Source: Lama guanicoe | Lineage: Eukaryota | Length of the DNA: 64,000 nt | Direction of reading: 5' to 3' | Assembly: GCA_013239625.1 (NCBI GenBank) | Contig: MU053559.1 | Coordinates: forward strand, 496,001 to 560,000 | Shown: piece by piece, positions 59,039 to 64,000 of the stretch | Position numbering within the stretch: the stretch's first letter is position 1 | How the letters are laid out: every line of letters starts with the position of its first letter | Translations under genes and position numbers: made by a program | The notes under the pieces: generated by a model | Told to the model about the DNA's origin: nothing | Seen by the model: only the letters and a program-made list of their open reading frames with translations | Databases searched by the model: none

Positions 59039-59289
59039 TCCTGATTTAAAAAATTGCCACCATTGCCATACCTCCTAGGTTCTCTTGTACCTTTGTCCCA
59101 ATGGCTGCTGACAGTAGCTCCACACAGCTCCTTCCTTTCCCATCTCTGGCCCTTTTGGTGCCCACCCATCAGCCTGAATTTGACAGATCAATTCAATTTG
59201 CCCTTCCAACCTGTGGGAGCAAGGATTGGACTCTTCTGGCAGGGGGAGAATTCCTCAACAGCCAGTGTTCAAGCCCACGTCATCACTTG

Positions 59290-59513
59290 TTAGTTCTGCT
59301 TGCTCTTGGCTTTTGTGGCTCTGGCATCCAGCATGCTCTGGGCATGAGCGAGATGCATCACTGAATCGAACACAAAGATTCCGGGCAGCACCAGCCACAC
59401 AGCATTCATGAAGACAAAGTAAAACCAGAAGTAGAGTGGGTGGCCCAGCTCCCCATGCTGGAATCCATCACGGTACTCTGTCAGGAAATAGAGAATATCC
59501 CCATATATCTGAC
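59290..59513 (-). CDS. EBP: EBP exon 5 coding part
   Basis: [13 protein letters not shown]...[12 protein letters not shown]...KSKQN*. Confidence 0.96.
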
Positions 59514-62031
59514 CTGTGGGAAGTAGAAGAGAAAGAGGGAAACCTTGTGAGGAGGAGGTGCAATTCCAAGCCATTTTCCAAGTCTTCAGAGCTTAGGATT
59601 CTCCAATTCAGAGAGCTAAGAACTCTGAAGTCATCCAGGTGAAAAGTTGAGAAATCAGGAAAGGGAGAATTTCAGAAATCGGAAGCTGAGAAATTCTGAA
59701 CTCAGGAGAGTTCATCGCTCCCGAATTTAAGGAAGCTCCAGATCCTTTAAGACAGCTCAGAATTCCAGGACTAAAGAGAACTCACATTGGCAGAAAGCTA
59801 ACAATGTAAGAACATTGAATCTCAGATGAAGGCAGCTCAGAATCCTGATCCTGGGGGACCCAGGGACTTCTTGCCATCATGGGCCACCTCATGGAACCTT
59901 TACAGGAGGCTTTGTGATGGAGTGGGAGGAGAAATGAGAATTCAGGCCAAGCGGGGCATGGCTGTTCCAGAACCTCAGGGAGTTTGTTAAAATTCAGTCA
60001 GACTCAACCCTCAATGGGCACTATTGAGAGATCCCACCCGCAGGGATACCCCCATGTCTGTGGATCCCCCATCAAGCCAGCAAACATCCAGCATGGGCCC
60101 TCTCCTCACCCACAGAAACCACAAGCTGTAGGACAAAGCGGTGGGGCTGCTGGCGGAGAAAGGCGATCACCACCCATAGGCTGAGTGGACCCCACAGCCA
60201 AGCTGTGATGGTCTCCATACATATCGTGAAGTTATCATTCCTGCAGAAGAAAGGATAGGGGGTGGAAACTGGCATCACTGTGTAGGGCACCAGGCACCCC
60301 ATTAGTGCTCCCGACTCACCACCACCCAAAACCGATGCAGATCTCCCTTGACAGAGGCAAACACTTACAGGATGTAACGGCTGTCACCCTTGGCATACTC
60401 TTTCCCTGGAGAAGACAGAAGACAGATGTGAAGAATACTGGCAGGAAAAGGAACTCAGACTCATGAGAGCCAAGGACCCATGTAAGAAGGCAGGCTTTAT
60501 AACCTCCCCATGCCTCAGTTTCCTCATCTGTGAAATGGGGTAGCTGTTTGGACTCAAGAGTTAATATACATATACAAGATAATGTGTGCAAACCTGACAC
60601 AGAACAATAAGTGTTGCTGTGATTGTTGGGTATTCAATAAATGGTTGCGGCATGAAATGAGGCAGGTGTAAATGATGGAGAGGGTGAAGTAGCCAATGAG
60701 CGTGAAACAGAGCAAGCACAAAGGTGAACAGATGAATGAAAGAGTGAGGAGAGAATCAGTCAGAAACAGATAGATCACCCAAGATAAAAATAGACAGGAG
60801 ACTGGAATAGGTTCTTCACAAAAGAGGATTTCCAAATGGTCAGTAAACATGAAAGGTACTCAAACTTTCACTGGTCATCGAGGAAAAGCAAATTAAAACC
60901 ATAATGATAGCACTCACATGCACAAGAAGGACTAACATTTTAAGAAACACCCGACCATACCAAGTGTCAGTGAGGATGGGGAAACACTAGAACTCCCCTA
61001 TACTGCTGCTGGGAATATGGCATGGTGCAGCCATTCTTGAAAACGGTTTGGCAGCTTTTCATAAAGTTAAACATCCATCTACCATGTGACCCAGCCATTC
61101 CACTCCTCCCTGTTTATCCAGGAGAAATGAAGGCAGATTGCCACACAGAATGTTCTGGCAGCTTTCTTCATGAGGCCAGAAAGGAGAAATGTTTGTTAAC
61201 AGATGGAAAATTCAAATCATTCTGTAACATCTGCGCTTTCAAAACTCTTTATGAACTGAGGAGGAGTGACCTCATTTAAAAAAAAGCAAAGTTTAGAAGT
61301 GTATATAGCATGTTACCATTTACACAAAAGGGAAAAATAAAAATCATGATGACAGTTACATGGCATCTACTGTCTGCTAAACACTGTTCTAAGTGTCTTA
61401 TATATATTTGGATATTACTTTGGTCCCTCTTATACAACTGTGAAAACTGAAGCGTATGTGTGTAATTTACGTGTAAAACCCTGAAAGGAAACATAAGCAA
61501 TTAACAGTGGTAATAAATAATTGGGGAAACTTGGTGGACAGAAGGTAGATTTTCACTGCATACCTCTTTAAATGGTTTGTTTTTTGACCCATGTGAATAT
61601 ATATGAGACAAAAAAATTAAATAAATTTAAAAAATAAGTTAATGGAAAAGGAGTCGGTGAGGGGGTAAACTAAATCAATCCCTTCCCAGAAAATTCCCTC
61701 CCACAGCACATCATAGAACTCAGGACTCACAGAGCTGGGACAATAAGGCTTGGTCTCCAAGAAGGTCCTCGTGGTAGAGGCTGAACCAGCCCTCAATCAC
61801 CAAGTGAATGAACCCACACACTGCAAACCAGCACAGGGACAGTCTCCGCCCAGTCCCCAGTGGGGTGACTGCAGCACGACCTGACAACAGCCACGTGGTC
61901 GTAAGTAAGACCCCAGAGACGGAGAAGAGGCCAGCCAGGAGATGCCAGGTGGTGTAGTCATTGGGCACAAAGTTGTCCAGCCTCAGGTGCTGAGGCCAGT
62001 ATGGATGCATGGGGCCGGCGTTGGTGGACAT
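59290..62031 (-). CDS. EBP: EBP, 3-beta-hydroxysteroid delta(8),delta(7)-isomerase (230 aa), 4 coding exons
   Basis: join(61731-62031,60369-60405,60110-60240,59290-59513) = 693 nt in frame; [27 protein letters not shown], ending KAKSKQN*. Confidence 0.97.
60110..60240 (-). CDS. EBP: EBP exon 4
   Basis: [22 protein letters not shown]...LQLVVSVG. Confidence 0.96.
60369..60405 (-). CDS. EBP: EBP exon 3 (37 nt)
   Basis: [16 protein letters not shown] acceptor, GTAAGT donor. Confidence 0.95.
60780..61635 (+). mobile_element. Old L1M 3' region in EBP intron 2
   Basis: CTGCTGGGAATATGGCATGGTGCAGCC...GACCCAGCCATTCCACTCCT. Confidence 0.75.
61731..62031 (-). CDS. EBP: EBP exon 2 coding part (exon probably starts 62094)
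   Basis: [18 protein letters not shown]...LLSQL; donor GTGAGT. Confidence 0.96.
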
Positions 62032-62294
62032 GTCTCTGTAGACTGATAGCTGTATGTGGATATGTAGAAAGAAGAAAAAAGGAGGTGGATAAACCTAAAC
62101 AAATAGAAAGCACAGAATGAGATCATAAAATCAAATCCAAGTAGTTCATTATGACAAGAAATGTAAATGGACTCAGTTAACCAGTTAACAGGCAGACTCG
62201 AGTAAAAGAATTATATACTGACTTAAAAACATGGCTATAAGACTACAGAAAGACTGAAAGCTTGTTCCAGCCCTCTGGGAACCATACGATGTGG

Positions 62295-62600
62295 TAGACA
62301 CAGGAACCAGACCAGGTCCCAGCTCCCATTGGTCACAGTCTGCTGGGGAAGGCAGGAACCAGACCTAGTCTCTGCCCTCATTGGTCACAGTCTGGTGGGC
62401 AGACACAAGAATCACACTAGGTTCCAGTCCTCATTGGTCTGGTGGGGGAAGACACAGGAACCAGGACTGGTGCCCGCCCTCAGGGGTCACAGTCGGCTGG
62501 GGGAGACACAGGAGCCGGAACTGGTTCCAGTCCTCATGGGTCACAGTCGGCTGGGGGAGACACAACGACCAGGTTAGGTCCTATTGCAGGGGTCACTGTC
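62295..62600. repeat. ~52-bp minisatellite (5-6 copies) in EBP intron 1
   Basis: GGTCACAGTC.GCTGGGGGAGACACAGGA.CC...GGTTCCAGTCCTCAT units near 62331, 62383, 62436, 62485, 62539. Confidence 0.8.
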
Positions 62601-62719
62601 TTGCATCATTCAACGAAAAGGTATTACCCTCCCCGTAGTCCTGGAAACTGCAGGACAGAAGAGAGAAGACTAATCAGAACTACGACCCTCAGGTTCAGTG
62701 TGTGGGATGGCCCGATTCC

Positions 62720-63400
62720 TCCTGAAACAGCGCTTCCCGCAGCCAACTTGCAAGAAAGAGGAAGCGGAGGGCAGGGGTCTTGCGCGGGGCGCTAAAGAGG
62801 AAAAGGAGGGTCAAGTACAGAGACCACCAATCAGAACTAGAACCCTCTAGTCCAGCTGCCCAATGAGAAGGCGGATCTTCTGTCGTCCGGACGACCGCGC
62901 GGTAGCTGGGGGTCCTGCGCAGGCGCGTGGGAATGGCGGGGCAGGGGTGGCGGGGGGAAGGGTCTTGCGTACGCGCGCAGAGGGCCGGCTGTTTAGCAAT
63001 TGAGGCCTAGGGAATGGAGTGGCAGGCCACACGGGAGCGCTTACCCAGCAGCGCGGTTGCAGCAGCTTCTGCCACAGGCTCCCGGGTCCTCTAGGCTAGC
63101 TCGCTGGCTCCGAAATATTCCTAGTTCAGAACCACCCTCTCACAGGTTCCTTGCCTTACGGAGCTGGCCAATGGAAGGGCTGGGAAGGCGGCCTGTGCTG
63201 CTCCCAACCAATAGGAGTTCTCTGTGCACCGCCGGCCCCACCCTCACGCGTGGTGCCATTTTCGCTGTTGGTTGAGACCCAGTCAGGAGTGGAAGAGGCT
63301 GGGAGGGCCAAGGTTGCTGGGCGTTTTCGGCTGGAAACCAATCTGCAGCTAGTGTCGGTTTTAATTTTTCTATTCCCTTATCAATCACGTTGGAAATTGG
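62720..63400 (-). promoter_or_regulatory. EBP: EBP CpG-island promoter with CCAAT (NF-Y) boxes
   Basis: CpG-rich; CCAAT at 62827, 62860, 63168, 63208, 63338. Confidence 0.75.
63045..63140 (-). other. EBP: EBP non-coding exon 1 (5' end approximate)
   Basis: Donor TGG|GTAAGC at 63045 inside the CpG island. Confidence 0.65.
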
Positions 63401-64000
63401 GTGTTTAACCTCCTTATCTGCTGTGGAAACAGCATTGCGTTATGTCCTTTCACCTTTGCCCTCGTTTTCAAAGGCAGAGCAACCAGTCTTCCCAGACCAA
63501 CCTTCAGTCTTAATGCCTGAATGGGCAAGGGAACTGTTAAAATGACAGGCAGATCACATCCTATACACTGCGCCTCTGTCTCTCCCTCTGGTCATCTTCA
63601 CCTCTCCCAACTTCAAGTCAGAACCAGTCAAAACCCAGACCCCTCAGCCTTGCTGGCCAATTGACGTGGAGAACCTCAATCTCCCTGTGCCAACTCTAAA
63701 CAGCCAATCAGAACTCCACAACTCTAAGCCGGTGGGCACCCAGACTGTTCATCAGAGTCCAAACCCATTCCAGGCTTTCTAACCAATTAGAACCCACACC
63801 CCTCACTCCTAAGGACCAATAAGCATCATCTCTTCATCTGGCTTGCTTTCCTTCCTCTGTCCCAGTCAGAGCAACCCATCAGAATGGGGATCCCTCAGTT
63901 TTCCCAGCCAATTAGTATCAGGCGTCCCCCACATCCAACTATCCAATCTATCCTAAGCAGTGTTAGCCTCAGACTTATCATCCAATCATGAATGATAATA

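Noticed and set aside
62295..62600. CRISPR-like repeat-spacer pattern
   Set aside because: Eukaryotic DNA; the units are degenerate tandem copies without unique spacers, and there are no cas genes.

Overview
Mammalian genomic DNA, almost certainly a camelid, judged from about 17 copies of a tRNA-Ala-headed SINE with an (AAAT)n-AAACCTAATTACCTCCCC tail. It matches the conserved X-chromosome block EBP - TBC1D25 - RBM3 - WDR13, with all four genes on the minus strand. I assembled each CDS exon by exon from GT-AG junctions, and each closes in frame: EBP 230 aa (4 coding exons), TBC1D25 687 aa (6), RBM3 159 aa (5), WDR13 485 aa (9). The rest is CpG-island promoters, introns and repeat-rich intergenic DNA (L1, L2/MIR, MaLR/ERV LTRs, MER DNA transposons); repeat boundaries are approximate. 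I see no clearly new multi-gene system. The most noteworthy items are: (1) the temperature-controlled RBM3 poison exon 3a, with two acceptors and a G-rich 5' end; (2) a 170-bp L1 5'-end-only insertion with a 14-bp TSD, pointing toward WDR13; (3) a candidate spliced transcript divergent from RBM3 with a 53-codon ORF; (4) an apparently perfect ~320-bp tandem duplication; (5) a composite SINE with captured sequence; (6) an oriented array of CCAAT boxes at EBP; and (7) several degenerate minisatellites.
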